This document shows positions 36,231 through 51,213 of a DNA stretch of 64,000 nt, piece by piece (the stretch's first letter is position 1; the number at the start of each line of letters is the position of its first letter). Source of the stretch: Marsupella aquatica (taxonomy: Eukaryota > Plantae > Marchantiophyta); NCBI GenBank assembly GCA_973895155.1, contig OZ316896.1:5027925-5091924 (forward strand). The letters are read 5' to 3'. A program made the position numbers and the translations under genes. The notes under the pieces are model-generated. The model was given only the letters and a program-made list of their open reading frames with translations. It did not search any database and was not told the DNA's origin.

Positions 36231-38559
36231 AACTAGCTGATGTCTGTCAGCCCATTCTGTTACACTGGCCATGAATGTAAGTGGGGGCCTTGGGAAGTTC
36301 AGGAGCAGCTATGTCGCTAATGAATGTCAACTTCAGCTCTCTTTACTAAGAACACGCTTGAAGGAAATGGAGTAAGAAATATTACCGTGCTTGTGGTGGC
36401 ACTTCTGCTATCCAAACGGAATGACCGAAACTGAAGTCCCGTCACAACAGAATTTGTCTCAGGAGATTTCACACAGATTTGACATTGAAAACTCAATCTC
36501 TAGAATATGGCCGGCACGTTTGCTCCACAGATGATTGGTTGGTTCAAAAGGCCAGGTGTTTACTGTTGCGAACTTTATTATGCTGAGTACAAAAAAAGAG
36601 CTTCGTGTGAGCTCCCGATCACATCCGTTTCCCTCGGAAGTCGGGACGTTTCAGCATTTCAGTTGTCCCCAAATCTCAGACTGACTCGCACAGACCTGTG
36701 GGAAAATTTACTTCTGTTCATGCGAGTTGTCAGACATCCCATGAACATCGGTTTTCGTGACACTGGAGTGCATTACGAGCAAGATTCAATTCACAAAAGC
36801 ATATGACTTGCGTGATTCGAAATGGGCGATTTGAAATCTGAAATTCTCGCTCTCTGCACTGATCGAAAACATTGTTGTTGACAACGTGAACCTTCTTCTC
36901 TACGAAGATCGCTCTGTATGAATTCTCACGCAAGGTAAGGGCGAGCTAAATGTGGCCTCGGACGGATATAAATATCTCCACCTTGTTCTGAGACCTTCCT
37001 GCGATTTTTCCGCTAGCTTCTCGTACTCTTACATCTTCTCCGTTCCTTCTAAACTTGGCAACTGAAATGTTCGAAATTATCCGCCGGCGACTTCTTTGAG
37101 GACGACTCCGTCCACATTCTTCTCACCTCCATGGGGAAGCTTGCTCATCGAAGGCATCACATATATATATCATAACCATTCAGGATTCATTCATGTGCGT
37201 TTCATGTGGTCCTTCCTGCTGCTGACTGTTTGTTTAGCATGGTGAACTGAGCTGCCTCCAATGGCGCGAAGGAGTGTTCATGGCAAGCATCTATTTTCTC
37301 CTCGATGCCATCGTTTCCTTTTTCCCTTATACCCTTTCTTTGTCTTTCCCCAATTCTGTTTCTCAACCAGGCGCTTTTTGTCATCCTTCAGAGTCTGCCG
37401 TGACATTCCTTTCTTTGTCTTTTCTGAACCTTATTTCTCAAGCCAACCAGACTTTTTGACATCCTTTGATTCATGCCATAAATTTTTGTCTGTAGGGTTG
37501 TAGTTATTTTAGTCATTTTTGCAGTTGTTTGGACTCAGGCTTATTTGGCTCTTTCATCTTGCAGAGGTTAGGCTAATGTTTTCACCCCTTTATTGGGTCT
37601 CTTGCCTTTGGTATCCTTTTATTTGGCTCTTTCATGCTTTTATTGTTTGGCGGGAGATATACAATTCTGTTTCTCAACCAGAATTTATGGTTGAAATCAG
37701 ACAAAGTTTTTGTTCCGTTACCGACAGAAGAGATCAGGATGCATTGATGCAACCAGAAGCCTCTTGACATCCTTGAATTCCTGCCTGAAGTTTCTTTCTT
37801 TGTCTTTTCCAAACTGTTTCTCAACCAAACCAGGCACTTTTTGACATCCTTTAAGACAGAATAAGCCAGAAATTTCTGTTAGTGAATTGAATACATTTTG
37901 TCTAACTTAACAAAGCAGCAAGCAGCGACACGATTCACTGCCAGCAGTCTTACTAATTCCAGTGACTCCACAAAATTTGTAGCTTGCAGGATATAGGCTT
38001 ACCAAGATTAATTTTGGAGTGAAACTTTCTTTTCAATAATTGGTCAATATTATGCTAGGTATGCAAGAAAGAGCAATCCACTATGATTTTTTGAAAACAA
38101 GTGCATTTTTGGTGGGGTGCTAAAATTTTAGGATTGAGGGCTTACTAATACACATTCAAAACTGAAAAGTCAAATGACCATATATCTTTACTAAGAACTC
38201 AAGTGAACATTGCAATGACCAACCGAGGCATACCTGGAAGTGACGGTGCAAACAACAAACAATCCTTGATATGTTATATATTACATCAGAAATCAAATGC
38301 AAAAATGCACTGATCAAAAGTACACAAAAGTGTATTTTGCAATCTGAGAAATACAGTAACAAATGTTGCATATGAATATGAATAGAAACAATTTATCACC
38401 TATTTCAAAAAACAAGATCGCTTTTCTCTATGAGATCTCCAAAATTTGGTATACAGACCTAGTTCAGTATAATTCTTAATTCTGATATCAGAGAATTCTC
38501 TATCCCCAAAGATCAGCATAGTAAACTACTGCAAGCTGACATAACAAATTTATCAATCT

Positions 38560-39296
38560 TTCAAGAAGTCATTTCCATCATCCAGCTTTACTCCCAGGAT
38601 TGAAATAAAAAAATCACAAGATATGGCACTCATCTGAGTACATTTATCATTGAATTTTGTTCTTAACAAAGTCATCAAGTGAATTTGCATCATCCTCATG
38701 AAACAAACAAAAAACATTTCTGAATAGCGTGCAATGATCAAAGAGATGACCACGATACCGTGGAAAACACGCAATCCAGATCTATCCATTGCGAGTCACA
38801 CATATCATGAATTTGCATCTTCCACCAAACGGAGTGAACCAGTTAAACATCACTTCACAAACAAGTGAACTTGACCACTTCAGGAACATGAAGTCGAAGT
38901 CAAGGATCGAAGAGATTTTGATACATGTTGTAAGATGAGGATGGCAGTTTGCATTGATCAAATTGTGCTGATCATGATAGACTGTAGATGTTGTAAATCC
39001 AAAATTCATCTGGAATGCCTGCGATTGTGGGTTCTGGATCGCTCTGCATCCTCTGTGTTTGAAGTAGGACCCAACCGACATTCCAGATGACTGATCATGG
39101 ACCTATCCAAACTTGGCGTCGAAGGAGACTTGTGAAGCTCGTTGGGCATATGCCACAACGGCACACCACAAAACCTGAGACAATGCGAGGCTCTAGCCAG
39201 GGCTCTAATCATCACATCAAAATTGAGTCGACCTTTGGCAAATTCCAAAGGATTGAGCTGTCATTGGCATGGCGTCCGCATTCAAGCCCTGCCATT
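38560..39296 (-). pseudogene. Probable frameshifted F-box gene remnant
   Basis: Minus-strand fragments MAGLECGRHANDSSILWNLP / FDVMIRALARASHCLRFCGV..W...LHKSPS / IPDEFWIYNIYS together follow the F-box pattern LW..LP.D....IL.RL....L.RF..VC..W...L.SP. There are multiple stops and frameshifts. Confidence 0.4.
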
Positions 39297-40661
39297 CAGT
39301 ACATTTCTACAGACAAGGGTCGTTTTGACTGTAAGACCACAACTTGAAGTAGTCCAGCTGCTTTTTCCAATTTTACCGACATTGATTTGTCATTTAAAAA
39401 GACACATGGAAACCAATCTAACACAAAGCACGACAAGACGAACAACCAAACCTAAAGAGGACAGAAAATCACCCCAGGACAACACAGAGGATTACGTTGG
39501 GAAACACGGTGAAAGTTCATTCTCCAGGGTTGTCTGTGTGTGTATGGGTGTGCCCACCAAAAAGAACTCAGAAAATCCTGCAGTACAGGCAAAAAAGAAA
39601 ATCCTGCAGTATAGAGCTCACCCTAGTACTCTGAAACTGTGTTGCTTTTGAACTCCAAAGCTGTTGTTAGTGTCTTCAGTTCTATCCTGGCGTGTAAAAT
39701 TGGACTTCTAGTTGTGCGAATCGTCAGTAATGTGCCAAGAAACTCAATTCTAAGTGCTGGCATATTTTGGTGGGAAATCCTTTCTTGTCCGAATTCCTCT
39801 GCGAGTGTCTAGATTTGTGGATGGATAAACTCTGGAGAAATTTGCTACAGTGTTGGGTAGATTTGAAAAGAAAGTGGGATCTTGACTTGGCCATGGTCTT
39901 TGAGATACTTGCCGCAAATCCTAAAATCCACGCAGCATGTCATGAATATTGGGAAGAATTCTTCACTATGCTTGATGAATGGAAATCAGTATGCCCCAAA
40001 ACACATTCCGACAATCACACGCCCAACACCTTTTTTTGCAGACAGAGGATCGAAAGATTGATGAGGGACGACCGGAGGATTCCTGATATAGATGTCGGAA
40101 TTTATCCTAGAAACCTCACAAGAGCAGGAGGAATAGGGATTCCGAGAATGGCAAGTACATCTGTTGCTACTAACTTACCCTCCATTGTTAGCAATAGAAG
40201 AACAAGATAGCAAGCTGCAATTGCCTAGAGTGATGCAGGCAATTGCAGCCTGCAACAGTAGAGGAAAGATCTAGGGAAGACAGGAATTGTCTTCGTAGAC
40301 AATTAAGTAGAAGTGACAGTGAAAGTAATGCAATTGTGCGGTGTTTTGACATTGAGAGACATGTGTCTTGCTCGTCAACTGCAGAATGTTACATCGATTG
40401 AGCTTGAAAAATCCTCTCATATCGCTCGTTTCTTGAGTGCAGAAGCTCACTCTGTTTGTCGACCGCCTCAATTCCTAAGTTTTGGATACTTCGTGCTGTA
40501 GAAGTTAGCCAACATACTTAGTAAGAAAGTCGGTCTTCTACAAGAGTTTTGTCTTTGTGAGAACCGCATAAGTCGACCGAATTTAGTAAGAAAATGCAAC
40601 TCAACACATTTCGTGACAAAACTGGATTTACTAGTGTGATATTAAGCTGTGTCAAGTACTT

Positions 40662-40707
40662 CAGATTCTAAGTTTTTTTGAGACCAGATTCTAAGTTTTT
40701 TTGAGAC
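40662..40707. repeat. Perfect 23-bp tandem duplication
   Basis: CAGATTCTAAGTTTTTTTGAGAC occurs twice. Confidence 0.9.
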
Positions 40708-43544
40708 AAGTAGTCTTGTGATTTGTTCTTCGAAGAATTAAAGATCACAAACCATATCAATGGTCACTGTGGAAGCAACTAATAGTTCTTGAAGTTCCTG
40801 AAGATTGATTGAAAAGGTAGATAACCACTATATCGAAGTGAACTTGTTTGGGAGCTCAAATCGGTCGATTTCTCTCCGTCACGGGGTAAAAATGAATGAC
40901 TTACTAACCGGACCCCAAGGCTTCAGAAAACTTTCTTAAAACTTGTTCTGCTGATCATTCACTTCTTCCGCGAGGACATCAGAACTTCCCAGTGCATTCT
41001 CCAATTACTTTCTCCAGTGAGGTATACCCAAGAGAGGTACAGTACTCAGGAATGTCTTCACTCCAATTCTGTCGTAGACAACCGTGATGAACATCAATCC
41101 GCCAGGGATCTCAGTTGGGGATGTTCGTGGGTGGCACGCACTAGTTTCTCGTACAGCAGCGACAACTGAATGCAGTGTGAACCATATTGTAAACATCAAG
41201 GTTAATTGCGTCGGTCCTTCCAAAGTAACGCGTGCTTGCCCAACACTTTCACGATCAACCATCGTGCTCTCACATTTTGAATATGTCCATCGAAACCCCG
41301 TGTGCCTCGATCACTTCTATTAATCTGAATTAATGCAGTCGTGCGTGGGGTCGGCAGCCTCAACTTATGAGGTTTTGCAGCAGGTGAGAGATAAGATTTT
41401 TCCGTGCGTACTTGCGAGGAGTACCCCTTAATCTACTTTAAGCAGCACGGACGCTGAAATGCTTGTAGTGGTCTCGTACGTCTTTGGGTGCATTCACTGC
41501 ATTGCATTTCATAATGTCTCAATCTGTGTTGCGTCTGCTCGGCGTAGATTCTTGTAGGTTTCATAGTTATGCACTGGGCAGTGTTCTGGAAAACGTCATT
41601 TTCAGCCATTGATGTCAAACCTAAGAAAGTCTCACATCATTCTGAATCTTTATGAAAATTTCCAAACTGATATTGAGGCGTTCAGACTGATTGTCAATTA
41701 AGTTGTCTAGTTCAGTTTAGTGCCACCTAAAACCCACTTGAGCGTTTGCCCACATCGAGCGGATTATGACGAAGGTCACAAGTTCGGTATTGCTTTCATT
41801 GACTCAGCTGCCTGTACTGGGACGATGCTTTGAAGCTCTGCACAAGTTCTTGGGTACATCACGAGTCGGTTTCTGTTCAGTTCTTTCCATTGCAACCTGT
41901 ACAGATTTGAAGTCAGAGGACTCCCACAAGTTTTGTTCGAGGGGCACTTTCTTTTCGGTCTGGCAAAGACGCGTTAGTTGATTCCTCCTCATATGGTGGT
42001 CAATCGACTAACCCCTATTTTACGTTCACTTTGGCCATCCTCACAATCAAACTCGTCTCATTTTCCTTAGCACCATTTGCATTGTATTCCAAGAAATTCA
42101 CTAGATTTCGCCTTCGCTGACTTCAGAAAGCTCGTAGACTATAGAAAGAGTCTCCTAGACTTTTGTCGTCTGAAGTCTCGCACGAAAGCTTTCTTGATGC
42201 CGCTTACTTTTCAACAATAAGGGGCCGGAGCTCCTGCATACACTAGTTCTCAACATAGTTTCACCGTCCTCTGGCCAAAACTGGCCGGTGACCTTGATCA
42301 CCATAATTGTGAGGATTTGATCATGCATTTGGCTAAGCTCTCGAGCGCACTACAGCACGACAAGAGTGTGAGTACTAAACTTGGAGCGGTATGTGTTTAA
42401 TTTACCTTCCGTGCTGACCTGAAGTTTCTTTATTTTTTTGCGCGAGCGTTTTATCCAGAATCTCGTGACAAAGATACACGACTGTACACGGTATTGATTG
42501 AAACTTAAACACTTCTGGAATAGCCCTTTAGATCAGCAAGTCTCCTGAAAGTTCTAATCAACACCGAGCCATTCAAAGAAGATTCAAGGCGAGGTGATTA
42601 TCACTGTTGCTTTTGCCATCAATCACTCATTACAGAGTCATGCGCATGAGCTGAGGTGACTCCACATTGCTCGATCAAATCTTGGTACTGATGTACTGCG
42701 GATGACTCACCTCATTATTTCGCGCATCCTGAAGGACAGAAGTTGAAGAGACTTAGTACATCAGTGTTCTCACCAACGTCACCAGCTTGTCATTGCTGCC
42801 GAGGGAGAGTGCGTGCAAATGAACGGCTGATGAATTGAAACACCCTTCTCAAACATCCTCAATAGGATTTCAATTTGCCAACAACCAAAAACACGTCCTG
42901 TAGCAGGTTCAAAACAGGGTATGGTCATAGGCATTTCGGATACTGTAAGCTGTATGATCCTACAAATCAACATGGTGTACCAAAACCTTTCCCCTGCCCA
43001 AATCGGCCATTGAAGATGGTGGCCGAGTGGATGCATTGTACAATAATTTTGTCCGGCATTTCTGCCCATCAATACCGGTTTGAAGTGAATCTCGAGCAGA
43101 CGAAAATCATGAGCCCGTGCAATACGGTGCTTACATCCAAGTCATAGCCCATTTCTTGTGAGCTCAATTCGTGAGCGACAATACTCTCCGGGAGGACAGG
43201 GCATTGGCGTTCAGTTTTGATCAACGTGTACCTTTTTCAGCTGTTGATTGAACAGTAACCTCTACGTGATCAATCCAAGAGAAAGCTTGGAACAGTGTGG
43301 AGATGTTTGGCTCCAATGCAGCAATAAGCACCTACAGCAAAGCAGCACTGTATAGCATAAGGTGAGAGCACGAGACAATGGACATAAATGGCTATTTAGC
43401 AACTTCGGATCTGCAATCGAGACTCGATCATTAATCCTGCGTTGACCAGCCTCAATCATGCATTAACATTAACGCGTAGAGATGGTCCCATGCTGACGAC
43501 TTTTGCATTCCGCGGAAAATCCCAAACTGTACCATAGAGATATT

Positions 43545-43785
43545 CATACTCTGCAACTGAAAATGCGGTTTACAGGAAAGGTCAAAGGTTGCATTTTCTC
43601 TGGGTTCTGCACAGAAACACATCTCACATCTCTGTTTGGAATGAAACCGAAGCTCACTCAGATCACGTTCTTCAACTGCAAATGCGGTCCAAAAAAACAG
43701 GTAAACAGTTGAAAATTCTAGGGGTTCTGCACAGAAACGAATCTCTGTTTGGAGTGAAACCGAAGCTCACGCAGATTCACGTTGA
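43545..43785. repeat. ~120-bp degenerate direct repeat x2
   Basis: GGGTTCTGCACAGAAAC...ATCTCTGTTTGGA.TGAAACCGAAGCTCAC.CAGAT occurs twice. Confidence 0.8.
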
Positions 43786-46290
43786 GTTTTGTGCAAGCCC
43801 TAGCTGACTTTTGAACATAGGATCTCCTCCATCACCGCTCGACGGTTGGCTTTGAATGTTTGCATATTTTCTCCGAGCCCACAAAGTAGGAATAGGTTTT
43901 GCAATTTGCATACGCCGCAGCTCCATCAAATTGGGACTTGGGCCAGCATCTTCTGGAATTTCCCCGTCATCAAAATATCTACTTTCTTGACTTTCATCAC
44001 TATCTGCTGCAGCCTACACACCTATATGCATTCAAGTCACTCCACCTAATCCCAATGATTACCTGAGCCCCTTCTCGTTTCTAGTAATGTAGTGGAGTTG
44101 TTGACATTCCCAATTTCCCATGCACCCTCAAATATGATGGGATTGTGTACTTTGAGGGGCGTGAGGAGTTGAAAACCTTCCACCAATCCACCTAAGCCGC
44201 CATAGCCGCCACTCCACCACTCTTCGTTCACCATATTAGATTCCAAGCAAGGTACTGTAGTCAACAGAGGGTATGCTTATCAGACACCACTGTACCTCTA
44301 CTGTTAGGTTCTTTGCGATTACAACTATAATAGCCTGAATCCCTGTGCTTGTATTAACACGAGTAAGTACTCACTCTCTCCATTTGGGTCTCTATTCACC
44401 AGTATAACTTAAATATAAGAAACAAGAAATTATGGGACATGGCTTGAATCTGAGTTCACCATAGCCTACCGCTTAAATCTGAGTTCACCCTGAAAAGTAG
44501 ACATTGATCATGAGGAAGTACTCTGTATTCACAAGTACAACCTAGATAATTTTTTTTTAAATGTTAGCAGATAAATTAGGACCTATGGCTTCAATCTGAA
44601 TACGTCATGAAGGGTAGCCTTTGATCGTGAATTGTATTATAGATGCACTCTCTATGCTGTGTACATCATTTGACTTACTGTACCCAAAAGTTTGTGAATC
44701 GGTGATCAAAGAAGCAGCCGAGCCCATGCACCACAAACCTGTTGTGACTGAGGAAAGCATGTTCCTTTTGGGTATTCTGTGGGCAATGGTTCGGTTTTGA
44801 AGCATTTGATAAAACCAGTGTTAGGCAAGGATGAGGCTTCCCAATTCCAGCCGGGTAAAGGTTTACCATAGTGCCATACAGGTTGGTGAAAAAAATCAAC
44901 AACTATGAAAAGTTTGGACTGACTGAAAAAATACTTTAGGCAAGAGCTTTGTGAAGCAAAGATTAAGAATATTCTAAATGTCTTGATGTAAATGATACAT
45001 TAGTTTTAAAATGAAATATGAAATCAAAACCAGAAAAATATTTGGGCATTGCAGTATTCATGGAATAAAACCGGGATCTGGCAATAAGATAGTGGACACC
45101 TACTGTATGATCATCAAGTGAATATGGTATTGAACTGATATATAGGCTCCCTAAATATGATTAATACTTTCATTAGTGAACAAAGCTCTTCCTGGGTTTG
45201 TCCCTTGGAGTTCCTCCTTTACTGATCTCTGGCTTTGGGTTCATGTCTTGCATTTGGGTTTTAGCTCCTTTGGCGGTGTGGATTCATACAATTTATAACA
45301 CAATCTATCTTGAGATAAATGGGTGAATGGAAAAGATTACAAAGTATCTCTGTCTGGTATTGTCCATGACTATATTAATGAGAACAATCCGAAAAGCTAT
45401 CTGAGAACATGCTTGATCTGCAAGATTACTTTGTTTTAATGATAATTTAATTTTTTGGATTACTTTGTGAAGGTTTTATCTTTGTCATTTTGCCCATCAG
45501 ACATCAGTGACAGTTTATTTACATTGACAGGTGACACTTAGGATCCAAATGAGCTTGACTGTTAATGAGACAGAGAGGAGAGTACATTTTTATGTAATCT
45601 TTTAGTGTAACTAAATCATTCAATTTAGGGCGAAAATCACTCTGGTACCTGGGTTTTGTGAGTAACGTCCTTTGGAATAATTCGGTGAACAAAACAATCG
45701 AGTGGATCCATTTTGTGGCTGAAAGTAGGAGAAGATTTAACAAAGATTGTACAGTCCTGCCATTAATAAAGAGGACGTTTTGTATTAGAGCTCAGCTGTA
45801 GGAAATTGTATCAGAATTGATGGCATCCAGTACTCCCTTATTTGTTAAGTCATGGTTAGTGCATATCAAAGAGTATGTAAGTAAAAGGAACAGAACTCAA
45901 TGATATAAAAAAGCAACAGAACTTATCACGGTATGGAAAAATACATTCCGGATTCCCCCTAGTACGTGGTTGTGTCACATAGCACAGTTTTTTATGTGCA
46001 ACTACCCATACTGAAACTATGACACTATTTTCTGCCACTCAAAACAAACAATGCCAATTAATTAATGTCATGTGTATTCATATCTCCCAATAACATTGAA
46101 TGGTCAAACACTCCAATAAACAATCCTGCCAAAAATGGGAATTGTCTACTTACAGAGAGGGAAAAGACCAGAGAAAACCCTAACTGTTCACCCAATTTAT
46201 TTTTTTTATCATCAGATCCAAACCATACACCTCTCCCAGTGTGTAGGGGCTATGGTTGGATCCAACGGTGCCTGCCTGAGGTGCCCTGCG

Positions 46291-46340
46291 CCTGCCCATG
46301 CTACCTTGCACCTGCCCATGCTACCTTGCACCTGCCCATG
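46291..46340. repeat. 20-bp minisatellite x2.5
   Basis: CCTGCCCATGCTACCTTGCA is repeated. Confidence 0.9.
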
Positions 46341-49300
46341 CCTGCTTGCCATGACTTAAAAATAAGAAAAATGGCAAACTGCACAATGTCATTAAATTTC
46401 ATACACTAGAAAAGTCTTCAACCAAAACAAAACAAGAGACACACAAGTAAATAGTTATAAATTCTCCCTCATCTCATGCAACCCTGCTTGGACTCTGAGT
46501 GCAGCAGTTGCTGTCACCATCACCCTCCCAGGCACGAACCCTTTCAACCACAACACTGACCAAAATAATTGCATTTCCACAACAATAAACAACCAATCAA
46601 AAGGACCAGATCGTTACAAATTGATTAATTGAATATTCCCACTTCACCCTATCTCTTCGTATTGGGGACAAACAAGAGCAACAGAAAATCAGAATTCCCT
46701 ACAAATCTGAAAGTGTGCATAACAGCATTGAATTATGGTAAAGGTAGAAGTTTAGGCTAAAGTTCTCTGCTTACAAATTATTGACCAGTCCTCTCATCTA
46801 TTCCCAGCTCTGGATGTACCCCACCCCGTTTTTGCGCAGATGCCAGACATGGGGAAAGACTAAGGGCGACTCCTCGTTTTGCTTTGCATTTGTGGAGGAT
46901 TGTCAGCCCAAATGTAACGGTAGGAAATGATATTCGACAGGACCAGAGCTTTAGAAAGACCCCCCTCGGGCCGTTTTCTCGATTTGAAAAATGGAACTCA
47001 AAAAAACAGGAGCATGATGGGTTTGCTAATTCGAATTTTCTTAGATTTCACTTGCTAAGTCCTGATAAGCGCATCGCTTCACGTCCATGAGAGAGTCGCG
47101 ATGTCTTACTGTGAATAGCTCCATCCTTGAAGCGCACCTTGGAGTCTGCTGTCACTTTCATTTTGGGATATATACTAGCTGGAAGCTGAGAGACTATGGA
47201 GCTCACTGGGTTCAACGCACCCCACTGTCCTTCCTTCTATTTGGGTGTCCTGTTCTGTCTGTGGATGTTGTGTCTGTGGATGTACTGCCTGTGGAAAGTC
47301 GCGATGTCTTACTGTAGCTCCATCTTGTCCGTCCCGTCTTTGACTCGGGAATTCAATCTCTGCATCCTTTCATCCTTTGGACTTTGGAGTCTGAGGATCA
47401 TGGTCTTTAATTAAGATGCTGTCGTTGGAATGAAGCTCCACGGGGCACGGGTGTTTCGTGTTCCTTTGCTTCAAGAAGGAAAGGCGAAACAGTTGGTCAC
47501 CGGTAAACAGCTACAAGAAAGCCATCACTGATCACTGTCTTCCCGACTATTCACTAGGTACACTTCCTCGACGAGACTATTATGCAATCGAATCAAATCA
47601 CCGCATAGTTTGGTAGACCATAGAACATCTAGAGGGCTAGTAATCCCCCACAACAAGTACAGTAGACCCAACGAACACCCCTCCTGGTAATCACACATCA
47701 AAATGTGGCTGCATTCATTGATTGAAAGGAAAAAACTAGGATTATCACGGTATGCAGGGGTGTCGTACATGGCATATGTCATATTTTGATGTGCAGTTAC
47801 CGAGACCCAACGAACACGGTGGCATGCAAGAGAATAGAAAATTGTCCTGAAGCGTACTGCACAGTTCTCTTCCACTGTACCTCCAACAGGATAGAAGCAT
47901 CCTGCACAGTACTCTTCGAGTACCACCACCCTTGTCCTGGGCATGCTTATTAGATGCCCAGGTCACTCAGGAGGGCAAAACTAGTGATCATTGCCGTAGC
48001 CTAGCCGAGACTACAGTAGATTTAATAGCACTATCAGGGATTGTAGAACGCCTGCTTGCTCTCTTGGCAGGGCAAAACTAATCATCGTTGGCATCACCTT
48101 CTTGATCTCGTAAGCCTTTGAAAGTGTGTAGCGTGGGAGCAAACAGGAAAGATCTCCTGTTATGAGAAAAGACCCCACTTGGCTTGCAAAGTTAGTCCCT
48201 AGTTAGCCAAAACTTGGTTAATAAAACCCAATTTTTTTACCACTCTCTTGGTTAGGGAACTTTATAGACATATAGAGTCTTAAAAATGCACCAGACATAC
48301 AAAAATCAACAAAATCAAAAGACAAAGAACAACTCCTGACTTGCTAACAACACCCTCCTCGCTATCAGAAATTCCTTTCTACTTGCATCATACAATACCT
48401 CTTTAGAAGTCTACAAGGGACCAAAAAGCATGTGGCCAGGTTCTACCCCCTTTTGCCTACGAGCAAAATTGCATTAGACATGCATTATTAAAATTTTGAT
48501 TCCTGGGCAGGTCTTAGACAAGGCTCTAGCACAAGTTGTCACTTTGTGGCTAGGTTAGTGCGTGAAATTGAGAATTATGAGTTTCTTTTGTATCCAAATT
48601 TAGTAAAGTCAACCAAACATTGTGTTCTTATTCAATTTGCAATTGTTAACCAACTAAGGATAGAAACTGTTAAGTAGATGCTTCTCCAACTGAGACATTT
48701 AAGGGAAGTGTTCAATAATTGCTGGAAGAAAGTCCTTTTATCTCAAACTCCATACTGTCCTCCATAACAACAAATTCCTATACAAAGCACTTGGGGCAAC
48801 CTGTAGTACTCACTGTCTTCACAATCATACAATAAATTGTGTATACAAAAGAACACATATTTTTATTGAGGTATATGCTTGATGGGACCATTGGCAAAAC
48901 ATTTTTCGAAATAGGACCCTACAACACTTTTCTTACCAAATAGGACCTTGTTGACACTTTTATGTGAGAAGTCCTTGTAGAAGTTCCTATAACCAATTTG
49001 TTTCTTACTGTGACCTACACCAGCTACTGTGAAGTTTATGGCCCAACCTTGGATGGTCAAATGACATGGTTAAAGAATTTCCATAGAATAGTGGCCACTG
49101 CATGCCACCCAAGCTGCGATAACTTAAGTGCAGACAATATGGTTAGTGTCTTAATTATAGTTTGACTCTTTGCCGTATTGCAGTTTTCATTAGACTCACT
49201 TTCATGCGAGCTTCTGCGTGGGGTTTTCATGATGTTTCTGACATTTTTCAATGTGTGATTGTCAATGAGTGTCTACCAGAAGGGTGGAGGAGATGTGTAT

Positions 49301-51044
49301 ATGCTGTCATGACATGTAGTGTTGTGACATAAACACATCATGCGGCCAAACCATCAAGTCCATAAAATTGAGAAACAAAAGAACATATTGCAAATATACA
49401 TAAAGAATGAAATGGTATGTACGTCGTGAAGGTGTAAACCTCTATATAAGTGCGTCATAGAAACAGGTGCACAAAATTGAATTGAAATGAAATGAAAACT
49501 CATGGGATGCCAAGATCGGCTGGGAGCATCCAATAAATCAATGTCTAATTCTGTGGGGAATGGCAAGAGTTCTGTGTACAAAATGGCAAGCAATCTTAAT
49601 TGCTCTCATGGTCTTGACAATGATTCAAGAAAAACTGAACTAACTGAACTAACCAGTCAGTGAGCAAGACTCTATCTAGGTAGTGAACAAAGCAAAATGA
49701 CTTTGCTTCAAGAACACAAAAACGCACTTCAAGAACATAATGTCAACTATGACTAGATGAAGCAAAACGGTTCCCCTTAAAATAACTTTGCTTCACTAAC
49801 ACACATACTTGCCATAAAAGAACAAAAGTCAACTATTTCCCTAATTGGGCCTTAACTGAAGGGGCTAGATCACGGCCTAGATCCACAATTAAGGTTGATA
49901 TCAAAAGAAATGATGCAAACCTTTTAGATTGCCATATAGAACTAGAAACCTTATTTAATGGGAATCATAAAGTCAATACTCTGTAGTTGAGAAAAATGAC
50001 TCAGCTGGGTGGCCAGTGATTTTATGGTCAGAATTTGTGTGTGTTAGCACTCACCATCATGATAAGTCTACAGTTCTGAGCTAACCCAACTCACAACTAA
50101 TCTGGGTACTACTTAAGCTTTATGCTCTCCTTGCCTTCATTAGATTCCCCTGGCTTTGCCAGTACTTGAGGCATATAAAAAGATAGTAAAAGCAAGAGGG
50201 GCTTCTACCTGACTACAATTTCTACCTTTACTTGGACTACAATTTAGACTTGACTTGACTTTGTGGGTATTGACCATGCTGTACAAGGCCAATGTCTGTT
50301 GCAAAGACTGGTACCTATGCCTTCCCTATCCACAGATTTCTACAGTCCGCATGTTGGGTTACGATGATCTTCTCTTTCCTATTTACTTAGAGTCACTCCT
50401 CAATTGGCCAGAAAAGTCAAAAGCATAGAAATGTATTTCATGAAAGGTCTTCTATGCTTTGGTTCGTCCTAATATATTCCAGTCTTATTAGGGGCACTCT
50501 TGGAAACGAGTGGAGGCAGCAGTTTGCATTTTTCTTTTGGATGTATTAATTAATGCCGGTCATCGATTTATGCTCTTTGGCCCCTTGGTGTGAAAGTTTA
50601 CCCATCTTAGTTGGACTGCAGTGGGTCCCTGACTTCTTGTTTGCTTGTGTTTGTATGTCAGGTTCTCTCTGTCAGAATTTTAGATGATCTCTGAGGTGGT
50701 CAAAAAACATTTGATCGAGAGGACATCCTAGTTTTTAGCTGACACATTCATAACTGCTGACCTTTTGACATTGATTTTGGTCCCTCCGTCCCCCTTGCTC
50801 TCTTTCTGATGTGTTGGCTTGGGTTTCCAATAGATTGGGATGGGAAAATGGTAACACAAGTGTCCAGTTGTTCTTGTAAAGTGTACCTTTACAACAAGGG
50901 CCAGACGGACAGTCATACTTTTTCCAGACCAAACTGAGGGGGGCAGTTTCAGCCTAAATCAAGGTTTCCACGTTGATGACGAGCCAAGGGGGCAGTGTTG
51001 GGAACGCAATTAATGCAAACCAAGAGACGAGCTGCCAAAAGTTC

Positions 51045-51213
51045 AGACCACCTTCTTGCAAGGTAGTCTAAACTTTGGCCACAAAAACCATGTACACTAA
51101 TAGGTACCCATCAATTGCCATGTAGGCTTAGACCACCTCCTTGCAAGGTATTCTAAACTTTGGCCACAAAAACCATGTACATTAATCGGGACCCATCAAT
51201 TGCCATGTAGGCT
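51045..51213. repeat. ~85-bp tandem duplication
   Basis: AGACCACCT.CTTGCAAGGTA.TCTAAACTTTGGCCACAAAAACCATGTACA...CCCATCAATTGCCATGTAGGCT occurs twice. Confidence 0.9.

Noticed and set aside
47525-47944. 139-aa minus-strand ORF
   Set aside because: No recognisable motif or splice context, so it cannot be supported as a gene.
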